A stretch of DNA of 64,000 nt from a candidate division FCPU426 bacterium (GCA_963738405.1 CAVTWJ010000009.1:1-64000); one strand, 5' to 3'; counted from the stretch's first letter, positions 20,012 to 29,075 are shown. The notes: generated from the sequence alone by a model not told the origin. Made by a program: numbers and translations.

Positions 20012-21847
20012 ATGGCGAACGTCACGATTTTCAAACTCCGCGACAAGCTCCTGGCCGTCATCACCCTCTTGGTGGTGGTGCTGGTGGGGGGCGTCCTCTT
20101 TACCCTCAACGCGCGCTTAGGGCCGGTGGGCATCGAGGCCCTGAACGCGGACCTGGACCGTACCCGCACCGTCTTTAACAGCTTCATCGAGGAACGCGCC
20201 GCCAACCTGAAAGACAAAGCGGTTTTGATCGCAGGTCTCCCCCGCCTCACCGCGGCCCTGGACGTGAAACACCCCCAGTTCGACACCATCGCCGCCACCG
20301 TCACCGAGCTCTGCCTGGACTTAAACGACACGGTAAGGGTCCCCCTTTTTATCGTGACCGATAAAGAAGGCCGGGCGCTTTTTAACGACTTCCACATCCC
20401 TGAAGTGAACCTGGCCCTCATGGAAGGCCGGGAGCCGGACCCGGCCCGCATGAAATCTTCTCCTCCCGAATCCTTCGCCGACCGCCCGGCGGTCAAAAAA
20501 GCCTTGAACGGCGAAGCCAGCCGGGGCGGGTTTATCTATCACCTCAAGCCCGACGATCCCAAAGTGCCGGAAGCTGACCTGGCCTTCCAGGCGGTGGCGG
20601 TGCCTATCGGTAGCCACGGGCGCATCTTGGGTGTACTCCTTCTAGGCTTCGCCCTCGACGACAAGCTGGCCATCCAGATGAACAAGATGACCGACAGCGA
20701 AATCGCTTTCGACCTGGACGGCAAGATCTACGGCTCCACCCAGAACCTTAGCCACATGGCCAGCCTGGCCCAGGATCTTTCGCCCATCCAGGCCTCGGCC
20801 TCCGAATGGATGAAGTCGAACGAATCCCCCAAATCTTTTTCCGTAGTGTTGGGCGGAAAAAACTACCTGTCTCTCTTTTCCCCCTTCCAAGACATGAACC
20901 AAACCAAGCTGGGGGATTACGTGCTGTTACGCCCGCAGGAAAAGGCCCTGGCCGTCCAGGAAACCATCCAGGCTTCGATTCTCTCTTTCGGCATCGTGGG
21001 CGTGCTCTTGGCTTTTATCCTTTCCCTGGTCATCGCCCAGCGCATCACAGCCCCCCTGAATACTCTGCTCAAAGGCGTGCAGGAAGTCGGCAAGGGAAAC
21101 CTGGGCGTCCGGGTAGATGTGAAAAGCCGGGACGAGCTGGGTGTTCTGGCCAGGGCGTTTAACGAGATGATCATCGGCTTAAGCGAGAAGGAAAGGGTCA
21201 CGAAGATTTTGGGCAAGTACGTGGCGCCCCAGGTGGCCAAGAAGCTTTTGGCTTCCGACGAGCAAATGACCCTGAAGGGCGAACGCCGGGAATGCGCCAT
21301 CATGTTCACAGACATCCGGGGCTTCACGGCCCTGAGCGAAAACATGGCGCCGGAAAAATTGGTCACCGAACTCAACGAATATTTCACCCAGATGGTCGAC
21401 GTGGTCTTCAAGTACGAGGGAACGCTGGATAAGTTTATCGGCGACGCCATCATGGCGGTCTGGGGCGCGCCCGTGCCCTTTGAGGACAAGGAATTCCGAT
21501 CCGTCAAATGCGCGCTGGAAATGATGGCGGCCCTGAACCATTTGAACATGGAGCGGTTGAAGAAAAACCAGGTGCCCCTCACCATGGGCATCGGCCTCAA
21601 TACCGGCGTGGTGGTTTCGGGAAACCTGGGCAGCGACAAGCACTCGGACTACACCGTCATCGGGGAAGAGGTCAACTTGGCTTCTCGGTTATGTTCGAAG
21701 GCCGCGCCGGGGCAGATTTTGATTTCCGAATCCATGTACCGCAAGCTCAAGGGCCTGGTAGAAGTAAAGGCCCTGGAACCTATTCTTCTCAAGGGATTCA
21801 CCGACCCTGCCAAGGTTTACGAAGTCACGGGCTTAACTTCCGTTTAA
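20012..21847 (+). CDS. Class III adenylate/guanylate cyclase with periplasmic Cache-like sensor and HAMP domain
   Basis: Two TM helices; HAMP (RDELGVLARAFNEM); MFTDIRGFT, DKFIGDAIMAVWGAP, YTVIGEEVNLASRLC. Confidence 0.95.
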   Translation: MANVTIFKLRDKLLAVITLLVVVLVGGVLFTLNARLGPVGIEALNADLDRTRTVFNSFIEERAANLKDKAVLIAGLPRLTAALDVKHPQFDTIAATVTELCLDLNDTVRVPLFIVTDKEGRALFNDFHIPEVNLALMEGREPDPARMKSSPPESFADRPAVKKALNGEASRGGFIYHLKPDDPKVPEADLAFQAVAVPIGSHGRILGVLLLGFALDDKLAIQMNKMTDSEIAFDLDGKIYGSTQNLSHMASLAQDLSPIQASASEWMKSNESPKSFSVVLGGKNYLSLFSPFQDMNQTKLGDYVLLRPQEKALAVQETIQASILSFGIVGVLLAFILSLVIAQRITAPLNTLLKGVQEVGKGNLGVRVDVKSRDELGVLARAFNEMIIGLSEKERVTKILGKYVAPQVAKKLLASDEQMTLKGERRECAIMFTDIRGFTALSENMAPEKLVTELNEYFTQMVDVVFKYEGTLDKFIGDAIMAVWGAPVPFEDKEFRSVKCALEMMAALNHLNMERLKKNQVPLTMGIGLNTGVVVSGNLGSDKHSDYTVIGEEVNLASRLCSKAAPGQILISESMYRKLKGLVEVKALEPILLKGFTDPAKVYEVTGLTSV

Positions 21848-21867
21848 TCCTCCCTAAAGAGAAACCC

Positions 21868-22779
21868 ATGCCCGCCCAAACCCTGATCCAATCAAAAAAC
21901 CTTGTCAAAAAATACGGCGATTTTACCGCCGTCAACGGCGTGGATTTTGAGGTCAAAAGCGGGGAATGTTTCGGCTTTTTGGGCCCTAACGGCGCGGGCA
22001 AATCGACCCTGATGAAAATGATCTACTGCTTTTCCCCCCGCACCAGCGGGGAATTATCCGTCTTTGGCCTGGACCCGAAAGATAAAGCCGCCGCAATCAA
22101 GAACCGTTTAGGGGTGGTGGCCCAAAGCGACAACCTGGACGACGAAGTTACTCCCGCCCAAAACCTTGAAATCTACGGACGGTTTTTCGGGCTAGGCGGA
22201 AAAATCCTAAAAGAAAAGATAAAGACGCTTCTTCAGTTTATGGCCCTGGAAACCCGCGCCGACGCCAACGTGCGGGCCCTCTCGGGCGGCATGAAACGCC
22301 GCCTGGTCATTGCCCGGTCCCTCCTGAACGACCCCGATCTCTTGATTCTCGACGAACCCACTACGGGGCTGGACCCACAGGTGCGCCACCTGATCTGGGC
22401 GAAGCTAAGGGAATTGAAAGCTCAGGGCGTTACGCTTCTCCTCACCACCCACTATATGGAAGAGGCCCAACAGCTTTGCGACCGGCTTCTCGTGATCGAC
22501 CACGGCAAGGTCTTGGCCCAGGGCAAGCCCGCCGAATTGATCAAGAAACACCTAGAACCCTTTGTGATGGATGTTCCTAAACAGTGCAAGCTTCCCAAAG
22601 CTTCCCTCAAGCAAGTGCGGTCCGAAACCCACGGCGACCGGGTTTTCCTCTATGCCCGCTCGGCGTCTTCCCTTGAAAAAATCGCCGCTTCCTCAAAGGT
22701 GGATTTCCAAATCCGCCCCACAGGGCTTGAGGACCTGTTTCTAAAACTCACGGGGAGGGACCTGCGTGAATCCGACTGA
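21868..22779 (+). CDS. ABC-2 transporter ATP-binding protein (NodI-like)
   Basis: GPNGAGKST, LSGGMKRR, LILDEPTTGLDP, TTHYMEEA. Confidence 0.95.
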   Translation: MPAQTLIQSKNLVKKYGDFTAVNGVDFEVKSGECFGFLGPNGAGKSTLMKMIYCFSPRTSGELSVFGLDPKDKAAAIKNRLGVVAQSDNLDDEVTPAQNLEIYGRFFGLGGKILKEKIKTLLQFMALETRADANVRALSGGMKRRLVIARSLLNDPDLLILDEPTTGLDPQVRHLIWAKLRELKAQGVTLLLTTHYMEEAQQLCDRLLVIDHGKVLAQGKPAELIKKHLEPFVMDVPKQCKLPKASLKQVRSETHGDRVFLYARSASSLEKIAASSKVDFQIRPTGLEDLFLKLTGRDLRESD

Positions 22780-23581
22780 GCCTTCGGCTCTTTCCATTAA
22801 ACCGGGGGTTAGGGTGGTTCCCACCCTGGTTCAACGACTTTGGGCGGTTTTCATGCGCCACTACCGGGTCTACACCAACGACTTCTGGACCAACACCTTT
22901 CCCACGGTCTTCGAGCCCCTCATTTTCATCCTAGCGGTGGGATGGGGCTTGTCGGCGGCCATCGGTTCCATCAACGGGGTGGATTACCTCAGCTTCATCA
23001 CCCCGGCCCAGATCATGATGTCGGCGGTTTTCGCCTCCGCCTTCGACGCTTCCTACGGCACCTATTTAAGAATGGAGATGGACCACAACTACGACGCCAT
23101 GATTTCCACTCCCGTGAGCGTGGACGAGGTTTTCTGGGGGGAACTGATCTTCATCTCGGTGAAGGGCATCTTCTACACTGCCGTCATGCTGGGGGTGCTT
23201 TCCCTTTTCCATACCGTCCATTCGCCGCTGGCCTTTTTGCTTCCCCTGGTGGGGTTCCTGACTGCCATGACCTTCGGCAGTTTGGGTTATTTCGCCAACG
23301 CGGTGGTGAAGAGCATCAACCAGTTCAACTTTTTCGTTTCCGGCATCATTTCGCCCCTCATGCTTTTTTCGGGCACCCTTTTCCCCATCGAAAAACTGCC
23401 CCCGGTCATCCAGCAGATCGCCTATGTGCTGCCCCTTTACCATTTCGTCCATCTATCACGCATGTTCACCACTGGCATCATCGCCCCCGATTGGGGCTTT
23501 AGTTTGGCTTATGTGCTCATCGTGCCCTTCGTGATGGGCTTTTTCGCGGTAAGATCCATGAGGCCTAAGTTGATACAGTAG
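22766..23581 (+). CDS. ABC-2 transporter permease (NodJ-like)
   Basis: Six TM helices; EPLIF, YLSFITP, LFSGTLFPIEKLP. Confidence 0.92.
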   Translation: MNPTEPSALSIKPGVRVVPTLVQRLWAVFMRHYRVYTNDFWTNTFPTVFEPLIFILAVGWGLSAAIGSINGVDYLSFITPAQIMMSAVFASAFDASYGTYLRMEMDHNYDAMISTPVSVDEVFWGELIFISVKGIFYTAVMLGVLSLFHTVHSPLAFLLPLVGFLTAMTFGSLGYFANAVVKSINQFNFFVSGIISPLMLFSGTLFPIEKLPPVIQQIAYVLPLYHFVHLSRMFTTGIIAPDWGFSLAYVLIVPFVMGFFAVRSMRPKLIQ

Positions 23582-23587
23582 TTTTCA

Positions 23588-23624
23588 CCTTCTCCCCTGG
23601 AGGGAGAAGGTTGGGATGAGGGGG
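23588..23624. repeat. Single palindromic REP-like element that may also act as terminator
   Basis: CCTTCTCCC-CTGGA-GGGAGAAGG followed by TTGGGATGAGGGG. Confidence 0.55.
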
Positions 23625-23666
23625 AAATTACCAATCTCGTATGGGTCGATTATAATTATACGTATC

Positions 23667-23855
23667 ATGAAACCAACCAAAGTGAAGATCATGCGGAAAC
23701 CTAAGCGACGACAAGAAGCGAAAATCACTCCTCTCATCCGGGAATTATCCGGCGTCGCCCCGATGAAAAAAGGGACGGATGAAAAAAAGCTCTACGCCAG
23801 CTACCTCGTGGGAAAGTATTCAACTAAGAGATCATCAAGGCCGTTGAAAAGCTGA
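23667..23855 (+). CDS. Small protein resembling the C-terminal half of DUF6364-type antitoxins; no partner toxin seen
   Basis: KITPLIRELSGV..DEKKLYASYLVGKY; preceded by the palindrome TATAATTATA. Confidence 0.45.
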   Translation: MKPTKVKIMRKPKRRQEAKITPLIRELSGVAPMKKGTDEKKLYASYLVGKYSTKRSSRPLKS

Positions 23856-23927
23856 GTTCAGTCGCCCTGTCACATTCGCGTCCGTAGTTCCTTTTTCGTT
23901 CTAACGTCGGAAAGTGGGGAGGCGGGG

Positions 23928-24581
23928 ATGGATGCAAGCAGGCTCGACGAGCGCCACGCCATGGTCAAAGATCAGCTTCAGGCCCGGGGTGTCCGCAACC
24001 CCTGGGTGCTCCAAGCGATGCTTGATATTCCCCGGCACCTTTTCGTATCTGAGGACCAAAGCCCCAAGGCCTACCAGGACGGCCCCCTTCCCATCGGCTG
24101 TAACCAAACCATCAGCCAGCCCTATATCGTGGCTTCCATGATCGAACTGCTGGACCCCCAAAAGACCCACCGGGTGCTGGAAGTGGGCTTAGGGAGCGGC
24201 TATTTGGCCGCGGTTTTATCCGGTCTGGTGGGGGAAGTGTACGCGGTGGAGAGGGAATCCCAGTTGCTGGATCAGGCCAAGGCCCGGCTTGCCGCACTTG
24301 GCCTTCTAAACATCCAAACCCAAGAGGGGGATGGCAGTTTGGGTTGGAAGGAACAAGCTCCCTTTGATTCCATCCTGGTCTCGGCGGGCAGCCCTAAACT
24401 TTCCCAAAGCCTCCTGGCCCAGCTGAAGATTGGTGGGACTTTGCTGGCTCCCATTGGAAGCAGGGAGGAACAAAAGCTGGTGAGGGTTGTGAAAAGGTCC
24501 GAAACCCATTTCCAGGAGAAGGAACTGTACAAGGTGAAGTTTGTGCCCCTTATCGGCAAAGAGGGCTGGCCGCAAAGGTAA
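23928..24581 (+). CDS. pcm: Protein-L-isoaspartate O-methyltransferase
   Basis: IPRHLFV, QTISQPYIVA, VLEVGLGSGY, GDGSLGW..APFD, VKFVPLIG. Confidence 0.96.
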   Translation: MDASRLDERHAMVKDQLQARGVRNPWVLQAMLDIPRHLFVSEDQSPKAYQDGPLPIGCNQTISQPYIVASMIELLDPQKTHRVLEVGLGSGYLAAVLSGLVGEVYAVERESQLLDQAKARLAALGLLNIQTQEGDGSLGWKEQAPFDSILVSAGSPKLSQSLLAQLKIGGTLLAPIGSREEQKLVRVVKRSETHFQEKELYKVKFVPLIGKEGWPQR

Positions 24582-24754
24582 TTACCCCGTCCGGGGTTGA
24601 AAGTGTTGAAAATTTGTCCGATTTTGCCCCCCTTTTTACCTCCCGCCGTAAAAAATCGGTAAAAGTTCACAAACGTATATTGCCCGGTTCTCAATTTTGA
24701 AAATAATATTTCTTGTTGGGGCCGTCTGGGCCAAACCCGTCCTTCGGTACCCTC

Positions 24755-24936
24755 AACCCGGTAAACAAAATCCACAAGTGGGTAAACAGTTCGGATAACC
24801 GGGTAAACAACAATCTCAACTAGGTAAACAAGGTCCGTAACCCGGTAAACAACCCACGCCAACCGGGTAAACAGGGACCCATAACTGGGTAAACAGCCAC
24901 TCTCAACCGGGTAAACAAGATTTCCCCGGGTAAACA
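24755..24936 (+). repeat. Array of nine 13-bp direct repeats (consensus AACCGGGTAAACA) with unique 6-9-bp spacers, period 21-22 bp
   Basis: Invariant GGTAAACA starts at 24760, 24781, 24802, 24823, 24844, 24866, 24888, 24910 and 24929. Confidence 0.95.
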
Positions 24937-24948
24937 AAGGATTTTGCC

Positions 24949-27114
24949 GTGCCCCAACCTACGCCCGAATCAAAGGCCTGGATGGAAAGTTTGTCCGACC
25001 TGGCCGCCGACATTGAAAAACATCAAAAAGTTAAACATGCCGATCGGGCGGACGCCCTCGACCTTCACCCTACCAAGTTATCCTTCCTTTTGGCACTCCA
25101 CCGGTGTTTGGACCCTGCGGCCCTTGCGAAAATCCGTCAGGCCGCCCAGGGGGATCACCCCTTTACCCTATCCTTTAAAAGCGCCAAGGCCTTGGCAGAG
25201 CTAGAGGGCCGGGTTCCTGATCTGTCAAAGGCGGTCCATGAGGCCTTAGACCAGATTCTGCCCCACCACCTAGCCACCCTGCAGATCAAAGCCCTGGTGG
25301 ACCATATGGCCAGCGGCAAACCCGCCCAGGAATTTGACCCGACCCAGGTTAAAAAGACCCCCAAGGGTGGCCTTTCCCTCCAATCCCCAAGCCCTGACCC
25401 ACCCCAAGAAGCCGAAGAGGATTCGGAGGATGAAGAACCGGAAGAAGAACCAACCAACCCAAAGGCCAAAAAGAAGACCTCTGCCCTGAGGTTTCAAACC
25501 GAGGGGCAAGGTTTGAGTGTACCCATTCCCAAAAAAGGAATGGGTAAGGCCAAAGGTCCCAACCTAAAACCCGCCAAGAAGGCCCTCAAAGGCGGGTTTA
25601 AAGACCTCCTCAAATACATTCACGAATATGTCAAAGCGGGCAGTAAGGCTGTGGCCGATTATTTCATTCCCTTGCACTCCCGTTCTAGCGGTAAGCGGGG
25701 AGGGGCCCAGTCCCTGCCCAACCTCTTCCGCTTTGCGGGCCATTGGGGGCTCTACTGGTTTTGCGTCCTGTTTATGTATGGCGGTAGCATCAGCTTCGTG
25801 GGGCACTTTATCCCCGGGGTGGGCCCCTGGATCGACGGCCTTCGGCTGGCTTTTTTCCACTTCATCCTTCACCTGCCTCTATGGCTCCTGGCACAGGCGC
25901 TGGCCAAGCCCTGGGTGGTTCTAGTGCTAGGCGTTGCTCTGGTCTGGTGGATTCACAAGGAATTCCACGCCGGGTTGATGGCCACCCTCATCGTCGCGGC
26001 GGTTTTGGGCGCGGGATGGTATTTCCGGGGCTGGGTAATGGAACATCTACCAAATTTGACAAACCCATTTTCACCACCAAGTCTCCAAGACACCAAGAAC
26101 GACCAAGCCTTGGATAACAGCAAAACCCAAAGCCCCATAACCTCACCACCCAAGGCGGCCGGTTCCCCTATGGAACCGGCACAGCCAAGTCATGGGCCTC
26201 GACCTGTCGTCTCGGCCCAGGCGCCCTCTGCCCGGAGGTCTCAAACCGACGGGCGTGACTTGAGTGCACCAATTCCGGAAAAAGGAATTGGTGTACAGGC
26301 CATGCCCAAAGAAGACCGGGCCTCTTTAGAAGCAGAAATCGCCGCCCTGCCCCGGCCCTGCCGGGTCAAAGATTTTCCCATCGAACCCGACCCCAATATA
26401 GGCGCCGAAATGGCAGGCCGCCGCCTCTCGGATATCCAGGACCCGGAAAAATATTCGCTTCGCGTGGGGCCCGATGAAAAAAAGATTACATCGGCGGTGG
26501 TGAATGGCTCCGGTTTCAACATGGAAATCCAAGGCGGCTTTTCGCTGGGGGACATCAACAGCGTCTTGGGCGATTCATCAAAAAAGGGAATGGCGTTTTA
26601 TTGGGAAGACGTGCGGGCCATCCATTGTTGCGAGGTGGATGTGCTGGGGGATCACCCCCGTACCCTTTACCAATGCGGTTTGCTGATTGCGGGTTTGAAA
26701 AAGCCCATCACCGTGCAATGCGCAAGTGTTGAGGACTTGGGGCACCTGGTTTCGGGGCTGGAATTTTGGGTGCGAAACGCGCAGGGGGGCAAGAACGCGC
26801 CGATTGGCGGTTTGCCCTATCTGTACCAGGGCCTTCTGTTGGGCAGTGAAGGGGAAGTGATAGGTACTTGGGATAACAGCCCCATCGCGAAAACGGGTTT
26901 TATGCCGGGCGATCATATATGGTCTGTGGATTCGAACCCCGGCATGCGCATGGGCAACGAGGAATTGCTTTCGAGTCTGCAAGACCTGTCGCCGGGCCCG
27001 CACGCGCTGTTTGTGGTGGACCCGGGTGAATGGGTGAAGGGAATGACGGGCCCAAGAAACAGAACCTGGGTTTTCAACCCGAAAAGAGTGAAGCTTCAAT
27101 TGCTGGTTCAGTAA
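24949..27114 (+). CDS. Membrane protein: N-terminal ParB/KorB-like HTH region, acidic/basic linker, about four TM helices, extracytoplasmic region ending in a PDZ-like domain
   Basis: KHADRADALDLHPTKLSFLLAL..LSFKSAKALAEL..LATLQIKALV; hydrophobic block at aa ~265-360; GEVIGTWDNSPIAKTGFMPGDHIWSVD. Confidence 0.7.
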   Translation: MPQPTPESKAWMESLSDLAADIEKHQKVKHADRADALDLHPTKLSFLLALHRCLDPAALAKIRQAAQGDHPFTLSFKSAKALAELEGRVPDLSKAVHEALDQILPHHLATLQIKALVDHMASGKPAQEFDPTQVKKTPKGGLSLQSPSPDPPQEAEEDSEDEEPEEEPTNPKAKKKTSALRFQTEGQGLSVPIPKKGMGKAKGPNLKPAKKALKGGFKDLLKYIHEYVKAGSKAVADYFIPLHSRSSGKRGGAQSLPNLFRFAGHWGLYWFCVLFMYGGSISFVGHFIPGVGPWIDGLRLAFFHFILHLPLWLLAQALAKPWVVLVLGVALVWWIHKEFHAGLMATLIVAAVLGAGWYFRGWVMEHLPNLTNPFSPPSLQDTKNDQALDNSKTQSPITSPPKAAGSPMEPAQPSHGPRPVVSAQAPSARRSQTDGRDLSAPIPEKGIGVQAMPKEDRASLEAEIAALPRPCRVKDFPIEPDPNIGAEMAGRRLSDIQDPEKYSLRVGPDEKKITSAVVNGSGFNMEIQGGFSLGDINSVLGDSSKKGMAFYWEDVRAIHCCEVDVLGDHPRTLYQCGLLIAGLKKPITVQCASVEDLGHLVSGLEFWVRNAQGGKNAPIGGLPYLYQGLLLGSEGEVIGTWDNSPIAKTGFMPGDHIWSVDSNPGMRMGNEELLSSLQDLSPGPHALFVVDPGEWVKGMTGPRNRTWVFNPKRVKLQLLVQ
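26950..27114 (+). repeat. 165-bp direct repeat, copy 1 (3' end of the 721-aa gene)
   Basis: 153/165 identical to 27893-28057 by manual alignment. Confidence 0.95.
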
Positions 27115-27214
27115 TTGGAGTCCTCAAACCGTGGCATTCGTCTTGTGAACGAATGCCAGAGATGAAATTAACTGTGACGACCAAGTCGTCTTCTTGAGTT
27201 GATTTAAAATAGAT

Positions 27215-27231
27215 GGTATAACAGTTATACC
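27215..27231. promoter_or_regulatory. Palindromic operator over the -10 region of the brnTA promoter
   Basis: GGTATAAC-A-GTTATACC just upstream of the GGAG RBS and ATG 27242. Confidence 0.7.
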
Positions 27232-27241
27232 TGGAGCATGG

Positions 27242-27520
27242 ATGCGGTTTAAATTCGACAGGAACAAGAGCCATAAACTCCGCCGAAACCCCGCGCGCGG
27301 CATTGGTTTCGAGGAAGCCCAAAGAATATGGGAAAGCCCTTACTACCTCGACCAACGTTCCGACTTTCCGGAACAATGGAGGGCCATTGGCTGGGTGGGA
27401 GATAGGCTTTATTCCGTGATCTATGAAGAAAGAAGGGACCGGGAAGGGGATTACATCCACTTGGTCACTCTTTGGAAATCCACCAAGGAAGAAAGGAAAT
27501 TATATGAAACCCATTCTTAA
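27242..27520 (+). CDS. brnT: BrnT-family ribonuclease toxin
   Basis: FKFDRNKS..RGIGFEEA..EQWRAIG..LYSVIYEER..IHLVTLWKSTKEERKLYE. Confidence 0.85.
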   Translation: MRFKFDRNKSHKLRRNPARGIGFEEAQRIWESPYYLDQRSDFPEQWRAIGWVGDRLYSVIYEERRDREGDYIHLVTLWKSTKEERKLYETHS

Positions 27521-27788
27521 GACAAAAAAAGTTCTGACGGCGGAACAAATAGCCCAAATGGCCGACAAGGGTAAGGATGTTTCCAAGCATTTCACGAACC
27601 ATGGAAAAATGATGCCCGCCATCCGCCGGGTCAATGTGGATTTCGCCGAAAACATGCTGCGGGAATTGGACGGTTTGGTCCGCGAGATGAACGTAAGCCG
27701 TCAGGCGGTCATCAAAGCTTTCCTGCGCCAGGGATTGGATCAGCACTACTTAGCCAAGAAAAAACGCCCGCATCCAACCGCTCATTAA
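27504..27788 (+). CDS. BrnA/CopG-like ribbon-helix-helix antitoxin
   Basis: Overlaps brnT; RRVNVDF..MLRELD..MNVSRQAVIK. Confidence 0.85.
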   Translation: MKPILKTKKVLTAEQIAQMADKGKDVSKHFTNHGKMMPAIRRVNVDFAENMLRELDGLVREMNVSRQAVIKAFLRQGLDQHYLAKKKRPHPTAH

Positions 27789-27858
27789 CTCTTTAGTCCG
27801 ATCCGGAAAACACAGGATGTAGTGGTGCCTTAAAAGGGGTGTATTAGAGTGGATCTGA

Positions 27859-27884
27859 AATTTTCTTTTTTCAGGCCTGACCCC
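27859..27884 (-). repeat. 26-bp inverted repeat, left copy
   Basis: AATTTTCTTTTTTCAGGCCTGACCCC; 25/26 match to the reverse complement of 31111-31136. Confidence 0.85.
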
Positions 27885-27892
27885 TTTTACAC

Positions 27893-28057
27893 ATGGGCAA
27901 CGAGGAATTGCTTTCGAGGCTGCAAGACCTGTCGCCGGGCCCGCACGCGCTGTTTGTGGTGGACCCGGGCGAATGGGTGAAGGGAATGACGGGCCCAAGA
28001 AACAGAACCTGGGTCTTCAACCCGAAAAGGACGAAGCTTGAATTGGATGTGCCGTAA
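27893..28057 (+). pseudogene. Displaced alternative 3' end of the 721-aa gene (165-bp repeat, copy 2)
   Basis: Reads MGNEELLSRLQDLSPGPHALFVVDPGEWVKGMTGPRNRTWVFNPKRTKLELDVP* in an intact frame. Confidence 0.9.
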
Positions 28058-28076
28058 AAGAGGTATATAAAGGGAA

Positions 28077-29075
28077 ATGAATTTGGATTACGTAGTCTGT
28101 AATTTTCTTTTTTCAGATCTGCCCCCTTTTACGATAATTAACGAATCGTTTGAACTTAAGGATATAAATTCGATGTTTTTAAAACCGAAAACTTTAAAAA
28201 TAAAACTTTACGAAGTGCCAACAACCAGCGAAAAAAATGTTATTGCAAAACTCCGAAAGGAGCTATTCCCAAAAGCTAATAAAGAAATGTTTTGGGGCAT
28301 TGTCGCTGAATGGTATTCCTGGCTCAAACCAAACTGCAATCAAATTTCTATTTCAGACGCAGGCTATAAAACCAAATACGGGAAGGTTAATGTCAAAGAA
28401 ATCGCTATTGCTCTTAACCGCCATCCAATAATTCTTCATGACAGTCAGTATCTCGAAACAACTTTTGTTCTATTACCTTGCTACCGATTTCTTTTTGACA
28501 ACACCCTTGAGCCGTTGAGAATTTCGAAAGAACTTTTCGAAGCATTGAAAGAAATTAAAGAAAGAGATGCAAAAGAACATACTTCTATTTCATATAAGGC
28601 TGACGAGCTGACCAAACGACTTGGTATGAAAGTAGATGAACCTTTCGAGGAAAAAATCCGTATGTTGTGCGATATAGGATTATTACACTGCTCTTCTTGG
28701 TCTTCAGGTTCCTCATTATTTGAAAATGCAACACTCAACATCAGCATTAAACCAACGGAAGAATATGAAGAGTGGTATAGAAATTTAATTTCTAATTTTG
28801 AGCGAGACGTAAATGACAACAAGAGAGAATTCTGGAAAAAAAACAAATTTTTACGTTGGCTCTCAGGGAAGGAATCCCTGACTGATAATGTTCTTGTTCC
28901 TGGTGAAATTTCCATTCAGGCTCAAAAACCAAGAATTTTACAAATTTCTATCCTTATACTTTTTATCCCACTCCTGGGCACAACCATCTATTTTGCTTCT
29001 CAAGCTAATTGGCCAGCCTGTGGAATATTTTTAACAGCAATATTAGCTTTATTGAATCTCGCCAAAGGGATGTAG
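28077..29075 (+). CDS. Hypothetical AT-rich protein with two C-terminal TM helices
   Basis: 332-aa ORF with a hydrophobic C-terminal hairpin; no family recognised. Confidence 0.75.
   Translation: MNLDYVVCNFLFSDLPPFTIINESFELKDINSMFLKPKTLKIKLYEVPTTSEKNVIAKLRKELFPKANKEMFWGIVAEWYSWLKPNCNQISISDAGYKTKYGKVNVKEIAIALNRHPIILHDSQYLETTFVLLPCYRFLFDNTLEPLRISKELFEALKEIKERDAKEHTSISYKADELTKRLGMKVDEPFEEKIRMLCDIGLLHCSSWSSGSSLFENATLNISIKPTEEYEEWYRNLISNFERDVNDNKREFWKKNKFLRWLSGKESLTDNVLVPGEISIQAQKPRILQISILILFIPLLGTTIYFASQANWPACGIFLTAILALLNLAKGM

Noticed and set aside
21508..21867. 120-aa N-terminal extension of the ABC ATPase
   Set aside because: It overlaps the cyclase gene in another frame; the likely start is ATG 21868
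24755..24936. CRISPR array
   Set aside because: Repeats (13 bp) and spacers (6-9 bp) are far too short, and no cas genes are present
24272..24937. 221-aa minus-strand ORF with VYPV heptad repeats
   Set aside because: It is a shadow of the DNA repeat array and antisense to pcm; the peptide periodicity breaks where spacing becomes 22 bp
26950..28057. Diversity-generating retroelement VR/TR pair
   Set aside because: Mismatches are not adenine-specific (T/G, T/C, C/G changes) and there is no reverse transcriptase in the window
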